Part shown: positions 9,501 to 19,121 of the stretch, one piece after another
Numbering within the stretch: position 1 is the stretch's first letter
How the letters are laid out: every line of letters starts with the position of its first letter
From: Candidatus Gottesmanbacteria bacterium
Lineage (GTDB): Bacteria; Patescibacteriota; Microgenomatia; JAMCYU01
Assembly: GCA_043801155.1 (NCBI GenBank)
Contig: JAZDMI010000021.1
Span: 2,683-66,682, forward strand
DNA: 64,000 bases
Reading direction: 5' to 3'
Made by a program: the position numbers and the translations under genes
The notes under the pieces: generated by a model
The model's input: the letters and a program-made list of their open reading frames with translations, nothing else
What the model was told of the DNA's origin: nothing
Database searches by the model: none

Positions 9501-9948
9501 CTCAACCGGTCCTTACTCATTAGTAACCCAACAACCCCTAGGTGGAAAAGCGCAAATGGGTGGACAAAGATTGGGAGAAATGGAAGTTTGGGCATTAGAA
9601 TCCCATCGGGCTGCCTATGTATTACAGGAGATGCTGACTATTAAATCCGATGATGTTGTTGGCCGAGCCCGGGCGTTTGAGGCGATTGTTAAAGGTGTTG
9701 ATATTCCAGCTTCAACTGTACCGGAGTCATTTAAAGTTTTAGTTAAAGAATTACAGGCATTGTCTTTAAATATTGAGCTGACTGGTATTGTTACAACCCC
9801 AGCCGGACCGACGGATGAGGAAAAAGAAAAAGCAGCCTTGGGTCCGACGCTGGAAGCCAAAGAATTGGCAGCGGCTGCGGGTGAAAAAATTATCGCCGAA
9901 GAAAATAATCATACCGAAGTCATAAAAGAGGAAACTCAAAATGGATAA
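6544..9948 (+). CDS. rpoB: DNA-directed RNA polymerase subunit beta
   Basis: Full-length beta-subunit homology throughout (e.g. GDKLAGRHGNKG). Confidence 0.97.
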   Translation: MTKPKITGRIFWGKETPNLPPIDLTAIQRDSYRWFLEKGIAEALAEISPLEDFTGKNWQLEFGQHLFGKSKYSPPEALEKGVTFDIPLKVETMLTNKQTGEKIRQEVFLGDIPAMTEQGTFIINGIERCIVNQLVRSPGVFFTGGPDSVTGRMLYMAELRPMHGSWLEFNVSRNNVLTVRIDRRRKFPATTFLRAADIFTDEDLVSTFASVDNNPNHKFIETTIEHDSTKGQEEAILEIYRKMRPGEPVVLENAKTFLNNMFFNPRRYDLGKVGRYKLNRKLGLTIPVTPENQVLTKEDIIGAIKYLIKLQNGQPDAEIDDIDHLANRRVRCAGELVATNAFRIGILRLERTIREKMSLAQVSQPLTPSAVVNARPVIASINDFFRTSQLSTILDQTNPLSELDNLRRLTVMGTGGISRERASFSIRDINASQYGRICPVRSPEGPNIGLVTYMALYARVNEYGFLETPYRRIIKKDGKMKVTGEIVYLSADDEQKYYITHASINLGQDGMIVDKRVPVRYHGEFLEVPRESVQFIDLTPRQVVGSSAALIPFISHDEANRALMGTHMQCQAVPLVNPAAPIIGTGMESLVSQALGRVVRARHSGKVIFADAEKVVIKLNKKVKPEDEEKKLNETIKLDGDEEIYFIEKFKRSAQSTCYSQRPLVKTGDKVEDDEIIIDGPATKDGELALGQNLVIAYMSFDGLGFEDAIVISDRLVREDVLTSINIEEYEASVVETKLGPEETTRDIPNVGEEALLNLDQDGVVIIGAEVGPNDILVGKIAPKGETELTAEERLLRAIFGEKAREVRDTSLRMPHGERGIVVAIKVLDKEKGDELEPGTIRKIIIKVAQIRKVVVGDKLAGRHGNKGVISKIVRRSDMPYLPDGTPVDMIISPLSVLSRMNLGQLLEAHLGWAANKLNQKIAIPVFEKIPEEKIIEELKKADLPTSGKTVLYDGRTGEQFSREIVVGIAYVMKLIHMVEDKTHARSTGPYSLVTQQPLGGKAQMGGQRLGEMEVWALESHRAAYVLQEMLTIKSDDVVGRARAFEAIVKGVDIPASTVPESFKVLVKELQALSLNIELTGIVTTPAGPTDEEKEKAALGPTLEAKELAAAAGEKIIAEENNHTEVIKEETQNG

Positions 9949-9981
9949 GTCCAAGTATTCCTTTTTCCTTACCTCATTCAG

Positions 9982-10000
9982 GTCAGCATGTAATGCTGAC
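9982..10000 (+). promoter_or_regulatory. perfect 8-bp stem / 3-nt loop hairpin (GTCAGCAT-GTA-ATGCTGAC) in the rpoB-rpoC spacer; possible RNA processing or attenuation site
   Basis: Seen directly; no U tract follows. Confidence 0.35.
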
Positions 10001-10022
10001 ATTCTGAGGGGCGGAATAAAGG

Positions 10023-13000
10023 ATGAAAGGAACAAATAACATGGATAAAGGACAAAACTTAAATCATATTGCCGATTTTTCTGGTTTAAAGGTTACCCTA
10101 GCCTCACCAGCGATTATTAAATCCTGGTCATATGGTGAAGTTACCAAACCAGAAACAATAAATTATCGGACGCTAAAGCCAGAAAAGGATGGTCTTTTTG
10201 ACGAGAGAATTTTTGGTCCAACTAAAGATTGGGAATGTTATTGTGGAAAATATAAACGGATAAGATACCGGGGCATTATTTGTGATAAGTGTGGAGTTGA
10301 AGTTACCCAATCGAAGGTCAGACGGGAAAGAATGGGTCATATTATTTTAGCTTCTCCGGTTGCCCATGTGTGGTTCTTTAAAGGTGCGCCATCAAAACTA
10401 TCATTATTATTAGATATTACCCCTCGGGCTTTAGAAAATATTATTTACTTTGCCTCTTATTTAGTTTTAGATGTTGACGAAGAAGAAAAGAAAAAAGCGC
10501 TACGGACCTTAATTGAAGCAGAAGAAGAAAAGAAAAAAGCGCTACGGGATAAGCTGACGGAAAAACAAAAAGATCTTGAAAGTCAAAGAGCTAAAGAGGT
10601 TAAAGGAATTAAGGACAAGATTAAAAGTAAGGAACAGCAAGATTTGACTGTCAATGAATTTTTGCTAAAAAGCAAACAGGAAGAAGCGTTAGCCAGTGAA
10701 GAACAGGTTAAAGAGATTGACCAAGTTGGAGAGATTTACCGTACCCTAGCCGAATTAATCAGAAGCCAGAAAAGACTATCCCTTTTATCCGAAGACGAAT
10801 TTTTAAAACTTAAAGAATATAATGCTGCTTCATTTCTTAAGGTAGGAATGGGTGCCGAAGCCCTTCTTGATGTTATTGAAAAGATTGATTTGGATAAACT
10901 AGCGGCTGATTTAAGACAGGAAGTACAAAAATCAACCGGCCAAAGGCATATAAAGGCGACTAAAAGATTAAGAGTAGTTGAAGGTTTGAAAAAAGCCAGC
11001 CTGTCACCGTCATGGATGATTATGACGATATTGCCGGTGCTTCCTCCGGATCTGCGGCCGATGGTCCAGCTGACTGGCGGTCGATTTGCCACATCAGACC
11101 TTAATGATTTATATCGTCGGGTTATTAACCGCAATAATCGATTAAAACACTTAATGGATTTAGGAGCTCCGGAAATTATTTTACGAAATGAGAAAAGGAT
11201 GCTTCAGGAAGCAGTCGATTCTTTAATTGATGCAACCCAAAGACCAACCACACGGCCAGCGATACAGATTTTAAGATCACTTTCCGATATGCTTCGTGGG
11301 AAACAAGGTCGTTTCCGTCAAAACCTTTTAGGTAAACGAGTTGATTATTCCGGAAGATCAGTTATTGTTGTTGGGCCAGAATTATCCTTAACTCAATGCG
11401 GATTACCGAAAGAAATTGCCCTGGAAATGTTTAAACCGTTTGTTTTAAGAGAACTTATTACCAGGGGATTAGCACCAAATGTAAAATCAGCTAAAAATGT
11501 TTTGGAAAGAAGACTTCCGGAGGTTTTTGATATTTTAGAAGAAATTACTAAAGATCATCCGGTTCTTTTGAACCGAGCGCCGACACTTCATAAACTAGGT
11601 ATCCAAGCTTTTTATCCGGTGCTGATTGAAGGATCAGCTATTAGAATTCATCCATGTGTTTGCGCCGGATATAATGCCGATTTTGATGGTGATCAAATGG
11701 CTGTCCATATTCCTCTTTCGACCGCTGCTTGTAATGAAGCCGTGAACCTAATGTTACCGATCCATAATCTTTTGAAACCAGCCGATGGTTCGCCGATTAC
11801 CTTGCCTAATAAAGAAATGGCACTAGGTTGTTATTGGTTAACTACATTAATAGATAACGTTGATGATGAAAACCTAAAGGTATTTGCTAATGAAGCGACA
11901 GCTATTTTTGCTTATCAGTCTCAATCCTTGGATTTACGTCAAGCTTTTAAAATACAAATCAACGATAAGCTAATTAAAACCTCGGTTGGAAGAATTTTGT
12001 TTAATGAGATTCTACCGGATAAGCTTCGCTATATTAATGATCCTGTAAGAGCGGCAACGATTAAATCGTTAATTACTCAAGCTCTACGGATTTATCCATC
12101 AACAGAAGTAGCTAAATTAGTCGATTCTTTGAAGGATCTGGGATTCTGGGCCGCGACTCTTTCCGGGGGTGTATCAGTATCTGTTTTTGATTGCAAAGTT
12201 ATTCCGGAAAAGCAAAAAATGATTAATGAAGCCGAAGTGCGGATTACTGAAGTAGAAAATAATTTTCGTGAAGGTTTGATTACCAGTGAAGAAAAAAAGA
12301 GATTATCTAATGAAATTTGGTTGGAAGTGACAGAAAAAATTGCCGGGGAAACGTGGGTGAGATTATTACCCGATAATCCGGTAAAAATAATTATTGAATC
12401 AGGTGGAGCGAGAGCGTCAAAAGATCAACTTAAACAATTAGCCGCGATGAGGGGTTTAGTCGTTGATCCGTTAGGAAAAATTGTCGAACTGCCGACTAAA
12501 TCGAATTTTCGTGAAGGATTATCCATTTTTGAATATGTTACCAGTACTCGAGGTTCACGTAAGGGTTTAACCGATTCAGCCCTGAAGACGGCCGACGCTG
12601 GTTATTTAACCAGACGATTAGTTGATGTTTCACACGATGCCATTATCAGACTTGATGATTGTCATACCAAGGATGGCATTGAGATTAGTCGAACTGATAA
12701 ACGGCAAGCCTCTTTTGTCAGTCGAATTTTAGGAAGAATTCTGGTTGAAAACGTAACTGATCCAAAAACTAAAAAAATCCTGATAAAAAGCGGTGATGAA
12801 ATAAATGAAGATAATATTGGTTTAATCGAAGAATACAGTATTGCTAAAGTGTCAGTTCGTTCTCCATTAACCTGTCAAGCTAAGTATGGTTTGTGTGTTA
12901 CTTGTTATGGTCGCGATTTTAGTACGCGAAAAATGGTAGAGATTGGTACACCGGGCGGGGTTTTAGCAGCTCAATCAATTGGTGAACCGGGAACACAATT

Positions 13001-13751
13001 AACTATGCGGGTTAAACACACCGGAGGGATTGTCGGACTAGATGTTACTCAAGGATTACCAAGGGTCGAAGAGCTTTTTGAAGCAAGAACTCCTAAAGTT
13101 TTATCACCAATAAGTGAAATAAGCGGAAAAGCCCGAGTCGAGGAAACAGCTGACGGTTATAAGATCGTCGTGCGTAGTCGCGGTAAACCAGTAGAGGAAC
13201 GGGAATACATGGTTCCCCTGACCATTGAACTTCGGGTAAATGATGGTGATGAAGTTCTGGCGGGCGAACAGTTGGCAACAGGATTTTTAGATATTAAGGA
13301 AGTATTACAGGTTCGCGGACTGCGAGGAGCACAAAGGTATCTTATTGATGAAGTCCAGGCGGTTTATGAATCACAAGGTATTCCTATTAATGATAAACAT
13401 TTTGAAGTTATTGTCAGGAAAATGAGCGATAAGGTTAAGATTGAATCAGCCGGCGATACAGTCTTATTGCCTGGGGAACTAGTTGATAAAATTCGTTTTG
13501 AAAATGAAAACGGAAAAATATTGGCTGAAGGTGGAGAACCGGCAACCGCTCAAACAGTAGTTTTGGGAATTACCAGAGCTGCACTATATACAGAATCTTG
13601 GTTGTCGGCGGCCTCATTCCAAGAAACAACTAATGTTTTAACTGATGCGGCCATTTTAGGTAAAGAAGATAAATTGATAGGCCTTAAGGAAAATGTTATA
13701 ATCGGTCGCCTAATTCCAACGAGTCCGGACCGGGCCAAGATCGAAAGTTAA
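10023..13751 (+). CDS. rpoC: DNA-directed RNA polymerase subunit beta'
   Basis: Zn-binding [20 protein letters not shown], the NADFDGD catalytic loop and the C-terminal clamp; carries a charged coiled-coil insertion. Confidence 0.97.
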   Translation: MKGTNNMDKGQNLNHIADFSGLKVTLASPAIIKSWSYGEVTKPETINYRTLKPEKDGLFDERIFGPTKDWECYCGKYKRIRYRGIICDKCGVEVTQSKVRRERMGHIILASPVAHVWFFKGAPSKLSLLLDITPRALENIIYFASYLVLDVDEEEKKKALRTLIEAEEEKKKALRDKLTEKQKDLESQRAKEVKGIKDKIKSKEQQDLTVNEFLLKSKQEEALASEEQVKEIDQVGEIYRTLAELIRSQKRLSLLSEDEFLKLKEYNAASFLKVGMGAEALLDVIEKIDLDKLAADLRQEVQKSTGQRHIKATKRLRVVEGLKKASLSPSWMIMTILPVLPPDLRPMVQLTGGRFATSDLNDLYRRVINRNNRLKHLMDLGAPEIILRNEKRMLQEAVDSLIDATQRPTTRPAIQILRSLSDMLRGKQGRFRQNLLGKRVDYSGRSVIVVGPELSLTQCGLPKEIALEMFKPFVLRELITRGLAPNVKSAKNVLERRLPEVFDILEEITKDHPVLLNRAPTLHKLGIQAFYPVLIEGSAIRIHPCVCAGYNADFDGDQMAVHIPLSTAACNEAVNLMLPIHNLLKPADGSPITLPNKEMALGCYWLTTLIDNVDDENLKVFANEATAIFAYQSQSLDLRQAFKIQINDKLIKTSVGRILFNEILPDKLRYINDPVRAATIKSLITQALRIYPSTEVAKLVDSLKDLGFWAATLSGGVSVSVFDCKVIPEKQKMINEAEVRITEVENNFREGLITSEEKKRLSNEIWLEVTEKIAGETWVRLLPDNPVKIIIESGGARASKDQLKQLAAMRGLVVDPLGKIVELPTKSNFREGLSIFEYVTSTRGSRKGLTDSALKTADAGYLTRRLVDVSHDAIIRLDDCHTKDGIEISRTDKRQASFVSRILGRILVENVTDPKTKKILIKSGDEINEDNIGLIEEYSIAKVSVRSPLTCQAKYGLCVTCYGRDFSTRKMVEIGTPGGVLAAQSIGEPGTQLTMRVKHTGGIVGLDVTQGLPRVEELFEARTPKVLSPISEISGKARVEETADGYKIVVRSRGKPVEEREYMVPLTIELRVNDGDEVLAGEQLATGFLDIKEVLQVRGLRGAQRYLIDEVQAVYESQGIPINDKHFEVIVRKMSDKVKIESAGDTVLLPGELVDKIRFENENGKILAEGGEPATAQTVVLGITRAALYTESWLSAASFQETTNVLTDAAILGKEDKLIGLKENVIIGRLIPTSPDRAKIES
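10479..10547 (+). repeat. in-frame tandem duplication inside rpoC: 27-nt unit GAAGAAGAAAAGAAAAAAGCGCTACGG repeated with a 42-nt period (peptide EEEKKKALR x2)
   Basis: Exact nucleotide repeat read from the sequence. Confidence 0.8.
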
Positions 13752-13757
13752 CAATAT

Positions 13758-14219
13758 ATGCCAACTATTTCACAATTAGTCAGAAAAGGAAGAAAAAAGA
13801 TTGCCGGCAAAGTAAAGGCAACGGCTTTGCGAAAAATTTTTAATCCACGCTTGCGCCGGATAAAAATTGTTTACGGTCCACAAAAGCGGGGAGTTTGTAC
13901 TGTGGTTAAAACCATGACGCCGAAAAAGCCTAATTCAGCCCTGCGTAAAGTTGCTCGGGTAAGGCTTTCTAATAAACAGGAAGTAACGGCCTATATTCCC
14001 GGTATCGGCCATGAACTGGCCGAACATTCGATTGTTTTAGTCAGAGGTGGACGGGTCAAAGACCTTCCCGGAGTAAAATATCATATCATTAGGGGTAAAT
14101 ATGATACCAGCGGAGTAGCTGGCCGAAAACAAGGACGATCCAAATATGGTGCTAAGCTTAAAAGCATGACCGGTCCGGTGGAAAAACCACCACCAGTAGC
14201 AGCCGCACCAACGAGTTAA
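13758..14219 (+). CDS. rpsL: 30S ribosomal protein S12, with an internal approx 10-aa insertion and a Pro/Ala-rich C-terminal extension
   Basis: [14 protein letters not shown]...[15 protein letters not shown]...; 153 aa against the usual approx 124. Confidence 0.95.
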   Translation: MPTISQLVRKGRKKIAGKVKATALRKIFNPRLRRIKIVYGPQKRGVCTVVKTMTPKKPNSALRKVARVRLSNKQEVTAYIPGIGHELAEHSIVLVRGGRVKDLPGVKYHIIRGKYDTSGVAGRKQGRSKYGAKLKSMTGPVEKPPPVAAAPTS

Positions 14220-14225
14220 AAATTT

Positions 14226-14699
14226 ATGAGAGCAGGACACATAAAAAAAAGAATTATTGAAGCAGATCCACTTTACAACTCGGTTTTAGTCAACCGGTTT
14301 ATTAACCGGGTGATGAAAGATGGTAAAAAAGGTATTGCTCAACGATTAGTTTATGGAGCATTAGAAGATATTAAAAGCAAAGGTAAAGATCCGATTAAAA
14401 CTTTAGAAGATGCCATTGCGAATATTTCGCCGAGAATGGAAGTCAGGCCGCGACGGGTTGGTGGTGCTTCATATCAGGTTCCGAGTGAAGTTCGCGGAGA
14501 CAGACGAATTTCTTTGGCAATTCGCTGGATGATAAATGCGGCTAACAACCGTTCTAATAAAGAATTCCACACTTTTGATAAAAAATTATCTACCGAAATA
14601 ATTGATGCCAGTCAGGGTTTAGGGGAAGCGATTAGGAAAAGAGATCAAATGCAAAAAATGGCTGACGCCAACAGAGCCTTCGCCCACTTCAGGTGGTAA
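14226..14699 (+). CDS. rpsG: 30S ribosomal protein S7
   Basis: S7 homology; position after rpsL. Confidence 0.95.
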   Translation: MRAGHIKKRIIEADPLYNSVLVNRFINRVMKDGKKGIAQRLVYGALEDIKSKGKDPIKTLEDAIANISPRMEVRPRRVGGASYQVPSEVRGDRRISLAIRWMINAANNRSNKEFHTFDKKLSTEIIDASQGLGEAIRKRDQMQKMADANRAFAHFRW

Positions 14700-14883
14700 A
14701 TTAGTCTAATTCATCAAATTGGGATTTATTGTGAAGTATCATATTCTGCAGGTTCAATTAGCGGTCTTTTTCCCTGAGGAGACGGAGAAAAAAATAACGT
14801 CAGTATCATCATGATGACACTAAAAGAAATAATCATTAATGATACAACGATAACTATTTTCTTATTGTTCTCAAAAAATTCGT

Positions 14884-15447
14884 TCATAATTGGAATTCAC
14901 CGGTAACCCAGTCGTATTCGTTTTGCCAATTGCGGCCGGAACAACTCCAGCCTGGACTTTGTGGATGGGGTCGGGCAGTTGTTTCCATTTCTCTTATCCC
15001 TAAAACATAAAAAGTACCTCTAGCTGAAGGGCAACCATAACTGCCGGCAACGTAACGATAATAATTAAGATTATAGCATACTGATGTTCCTCCAAATGGA
15101 TCAGAAGCGTTAATTGAGGGATCGGTGATATTTGTTTTAAGATCACCCGAATCTTGAAGCGTCTTGATAAACGAAATTCCACATCCGGCTACTTCCCAAC
15201 CACCGCAAGGACTAGTACAGGTTGAATTGCCTCCGGAATTAGGCGGCGGGAAATTGCCATTAAGGATGCGATAACTACTTAGTGCTAGTCTTATTTGTGC
15301 TGTAAGTGATAATCTTTGAGCATCACGTGCCTTTTTAATTTTGCTGATCGGATTGATGGCCACCATTAATCCCGTAGATAATATACTTATAACCGCTACG
15401 ACTACTAGTAGTTCTATTAACGTAAATCCATTAGATAACTTGGACAT
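14884..15447 (-). CDS. type IV pilin / pseudopilin (prepilin-type N-terminal cleavage/methylation domain)
   Basis: GFTLIELLVVVAVISIL class III signal peptide; Cys-rich C-terminal domain. Confidence 0.8.
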   Translation of the reverse strand: MSKLSNGFTLIELLVVVAVISILSTGLMVAINPISKIKKARDAQRLSLTAQIRLALSSYRILNGNFPPPNSGGNSTCTSPCGGWEVAGCGISFIKTLQDSGDLKTNITDPSINASDPFGGTSVCYNLNYYRYVAGSYGCPSARGTFYVLGIREMETTARPHPQSPGWSCSGRNWQNEYDWVTGEFQL

Positions 15448-15476
15448 ATTTTCAGTATATACTATAATTTTATTAA

Positions 15477-16567
15477 TGAAAAGATTTTTTTATACATCCA
15501 TTTTTATCCTTATCTGTTTCGATATGCTGATTATTTTTTATTTGATAAGTATTCAACCTAAAGAAAATCAAAAGAAAATAGTTCCATTACAGGTCAATCT
15601 AAAAAAATCTTTAGAAGTAGATATTACTAATAAAAGTATTAACGTTAGTGATATCTTTAAATATCAAGATCCTGATTTTTCAGGTTATAATCCCAATGAA
15701 ATTGTGCTTTTAGCTACCGGTGATGTAATTCTAGCCAGAAGTGTCAATAGCTTAATGGTTTCGAAAAATAATTTTCTTTATCCATTTGAGAAGACCGCTA
15801 ATTTTTTAAAAAATTCTGACATAACTTTTATAAATCTGGAATCGCCCCTAATTCCCAATTGTGCAACCACAGTCGAAGGTATGGTTTTTTGTGGTAGTGA
15901 GAATGCCGTTGCAGGATTAGTTTTTAGTGGCGTTGACGTAGTCAGCATTGCTAATAACCATATGGCTGATCAAGGAGAGGATGGGATAAATAATACAACT
16001 AATATCCTGATGAAAAATAATATTGCCGTAACTGGTAACGGCAATCCGGCAATCTTAACGGCCAAAGGAAAAAAATTTGGATTTTTAGGGTACAACGATA
16101 TCAGTGAAAGATATGACTTATTGCCTAAGCCAGACGATATTCTTTTACAAAAAGATATTTATAAATTAAAACAAAAAGTGAACTATGTGATTGTTGCTTT
16201 TCATTGGGGGGTTGAATATACAGCCAGTCCTTCAGCCAGACAAGTCGAATTAGCCCATATGGCCATTGATAACGGTGCTGATTTGGTCATCGGTAATCAT
16301 CCTCACTGGGTGCAGGGAATTGAACAATACGAAGGGAAATTAATAACCTATGCCCATGGTAATTTTGTTTTTGACCAAATGTGGTCGCCAGAAACCAGGG
16401 AAGGCGTAATCGGTAAATATGTTTTTGGTAACAATGGTTTAAAGTCTGTTAATTTTTACCCAATCATTATTGAAAATTATGCTCAGCCAAGATTTGCCCA
16501 AAAAGAAGAAGCCGTCAAGATCTTGGAAAAAATGAAAGCCACATCGCCCATAGTCAAATCTCCCTAA
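15477..16567 (+). CDS. CapA/PgsA-family metallophosphatase-like membrane protein (poly-gamma-glutamate/capsule synthesis family)
   Basis: HWGVEY...GNHPHWVQG...HGNFVFDQ motifs. The ORF-track start at 15341 overlaps the pilin gene; ATG near 15477 is preferred. Confidence 0.65.
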
Positions 16568-16586
16568 CTTTGTTACACTTAACTGT

Positions 16587-19028
16587 GTGTATAAAGGACT
16601 TTCAGAAAACGAAACAGCTATTTTAAAAAGTAAATTTGGCGAGAATTCTCTTCCGGCAAAAGAGGCCACCAGTCCGTTAACTATTTTTATCTCTCAATTT
16701 AAAAGCCCACTAATTTATATCCTTTTAATTGTTGCCTTAATTTCTTTTCTATTTGCTCAATACTTTGATAGTCTGTTAATTTTTGCCGTGATATTGATTA
16801 ATGTTCTGATGAGTTTTTTCCAGGAATATAATGCCCAAAAAACCTTAGCCGCTCTTCAACAGGTCCTTAAACCTGAAGTCTTAGTAATAAGAGATGGCCT
16901 AAGAAAGCGTATTGAAGCAAAGTATCTATTACCCGGTGATTTAGTTGTTTTGGGAGCTGGTGATCGGATTCCGGCTGATGGGAAGCTGATTGAAGGGACC
17001 AGTTTCTTGGTTAACGAGGCAATTCTAACAGGAGAAGAAGAAGGAGTTAATAAGACAATCGAGGACAAGAGAAATTTACTTTTTATGGGAACAAGTATTC
17101 TTTTTGGTCAGGGAATTATGGAAGTCATAACGATCGGACAAACTACTCAAGTTGGAAAAATAGGTCAAAGTCTAACCGAGATTAAAGAAGAACCAACACC
17201 TCTTCAGAGACGACTAACACAATTTTCCAAATCTCTGGCTAAAGTTATCCTTGGTTTGTGTTTCTTTATTTTAATTATCGGAGTATTAAGTGGAAAAGAT
17301 TTCTGGATGATGCTTAAAACCTCGATTATATTATCGGTGGCCGCCATTCCCGAAGGATTACCGGTGGCGATTACCGTTATTTTGGTATTAGGCATGAGAA
17401 AAATACTAAAAAAACAGGGATTGGTTAAAAAGTTGCTGTCAATCGAAACTTTAGGTTCAACCTCAGTGATTTGCACTGATAAAACCGGGACACTGACCGA
17501 AGGAAAAATGAAGGTGGTTGAAACCGATTTTGTCGATCAGACCAAAGGAGTTTTAGCTTTAATGTTGGCCAATTATCAAAGGACTAATATCGAAATTGCT
17601 TTTTGGGATCATGCCCAAAGTAAAAAACATTTACTTCCCGCAGAAATTTTAACGTCGTTGACTAAGACATACGAGGAACCTTTTGATAGTGAAAAAAAAT
17701 ATACTCTGGTAATAAATAAAATGGCTGATAAAGAAACAGCCTTTATGGTAGGGGCAGCAGAAATTGTCCTAAATTTTTGCCGGCAAGACTCTTCTTCAAC
17801 AAAAAAAATTATCGCCATGATTGAGGATTGGGCTGACCGCGGATTAAAAGTTGTCGGATTGGCTTTTAAAGAAGACGGTAATTTGAAGGAAAAAAATAAT
17901 TTTTCTTGGCTGGGGCTTGTTGGTATTGAGGATCCCCTCCGGCAGGAAGCAAAAGAAGCGATTATCACAGCCCAAAAGGCCGGAATAAAAATAAAAATCG
18001 TTACCGGCGACTTACGGAAAACGGCTGAAAGAATCGCTAAAAATTTAGATTTACAGTTTTCCCCTGATCAAATTTTAGAAGGCAAGGAATTGGAAACGCT
18101 TACAGATTTAGAAATTAATAAAAGGATTAATAATATCGTTTTGTTTACCCGGGTTACTCCTCATCAAAAGTTAAAGATTGTCGAAATTTTACAGGCACGG
18201 GGTGAAGTGGTGGCGATGACCGGCGATGGGGTTAATGATGCGCCGGCTCTTAAAAAGGCCGATATCGGCGTTGTTGTCGGTACCGGATCGGATGTGGCGA
18301 AAGAAGCCGGAGATCTGATACTTCTGGATAATAATTTTAAAACAATCGTCTCTGCTTGTGAGGAAGGCAGATTGATTATTGCTAATCTGAAAAAAGTTAT
18401 CGGCTATGTTTTATCCAATTCGTTTTCCGAGATTATCTTAATTTTTGGGGCTATTATTACTCAACTACCAACACCATTAACCGTGGTTCAAATTCTTTGG
18501 ATTCATCTTATCTGTGACGGACCGCCGGACATTCTTTTGAGTTTTGAACCAAAAGAAAATGGCTTGATGTTACAAAAACCCAAAGACTTGAAAAACGATA
18601 TTATTCTTAGCCGAACAATGAAAGTGTTGATATTAACCGTCAGTTTGATATCCGGTTTAGGTTCACTGCTTGTTTTCAAATATTTTCTGCAAACCGGAAA
18701 TAATTTAACTATAGCCAGAACGATGATTTTTACCTTTTTATCTTTGGTCAGTCTGGTTTACATTTTTTCCTTTAAAAACCTGCATAAATCAGTTATTAAA
18801 ACTGAGAATTTTTTTGCGAATAAATACCTATTTTTGGGGGTATTGTATGGATTAATCCTAATTTTAGCAGCCGTTTATTTACCCTTTTTTAATCTGATAT
18901 TAGGAACAACTCCTCTTAATATTAAACAATGGTTATTAATCATCAGCCTTAGCTTGGCTATAACCGTAACCATTGAACTATTTAAATTGACCAATATTTT
19001 TCAAGAAAAAATAACCAGGACGGGTTAG
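16587..19028 (+). CDS. cation-transporting P-type ATPase (P2-type, Ca2+/Mg2+-like)
   Basis: DKTGTLT phosphorylation site, TGDGVNDAPAL hinge, ten predicted TM segments; GTG start. Confidence 0.9.
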   Translation: MYKGLSENETAILKSKFGENSLPAKEATSPLTIFISQFKSPLIYILLIVALISFLFAQYFDSLLIFAVILINVLMSFFQEYNAQKTLAALQQVLKPEVLVIRDGLRKRIEAKYLLPGDLVVLGAGDRIPADGKLIEGTSFLVNEAILTGEEEGVNKTIEDKRNLLFMGTSILFGQGIMEVITIGQTTQVGKIGQSLTEIKEEPTPLQRRLTQFSKSLAKVILGLCFFILIIGVLSGKDFWMMLKTSIILSVAAIPEGLPVAITVILVLGMRKILKKQGLVKKLLSIETLGSTSVICTDKTGTLTEGKMKVVETDFVDQTKGVLALMLANYQRTNIEIAFWDHAQSKKHLLPAEILTSLTKTYEEPFDSEKKYTLVINKMADKETAFMVGAAEIVLNFCRQDSSSTKKIIAMIEDWADRGLKVVGLAFKEDGNLKEKNNFSWLGLVGIEDPLRQEAKEAIITAQKAGIKIKIVTGDLRKTAERIAKNLDLQFSPDQILEGKELETLTDLEINKRINNIVLFTRVTPHQKLKIVEILQARGEVVAMTGDGVNDAPALKKADIGVVVGTGSDVAKEAGDLILLDNNFKTIVSACEEGRLIIANLKKVIGYVLSNSFSEIILIFGAIITQLPTPLTVVQILWIHLICDGPPDILLSFEPKENGLMLQKPKDLKNDIILSRTMKVLILTVSLISGLGSLLVFKYFLQTGNNLTIARTMIFTFLSLVSLVYIFSFKNLHKSVIKTENFFANKYLFLGVLYGLILILAAVYLPFFNLILGTTPLNIKQWLLIISLSLAITVTIELFKLTNIFQEKITRTG

Positions 19029-19088
19029 TCTAATATTAAAACCTTGTATTTGGATATTGGTTTTGTTAAAATCTAACTTAGAGCAAAA

Positions 19089-19116
19089 CTGCTTTGCCTT
19101 AGGCAGGCAGTTTTTT
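19089..19116 (+). terminator. imperfect hairpin plus T6 run ending 5 nt before the fusA ATG (terminator or attenuator for the ATPase transcript)
   Basis: CTGCTTTGCC-TTA-GGCAGGCAG followed by TTTTTT; no Shine-Dalgarno sequence remains for fusA. Confidence 0.4.
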
Positions 19117-19121
19117 ATATT

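Noticed and set aside
15341-15476. Extended 5' end of the CapA-like ORF (15341-15476)
   Set aside because: It overlaps the pilin gene on the opposite strand; the first ATG preceded by an AT-rich promoter region is at about 15477.
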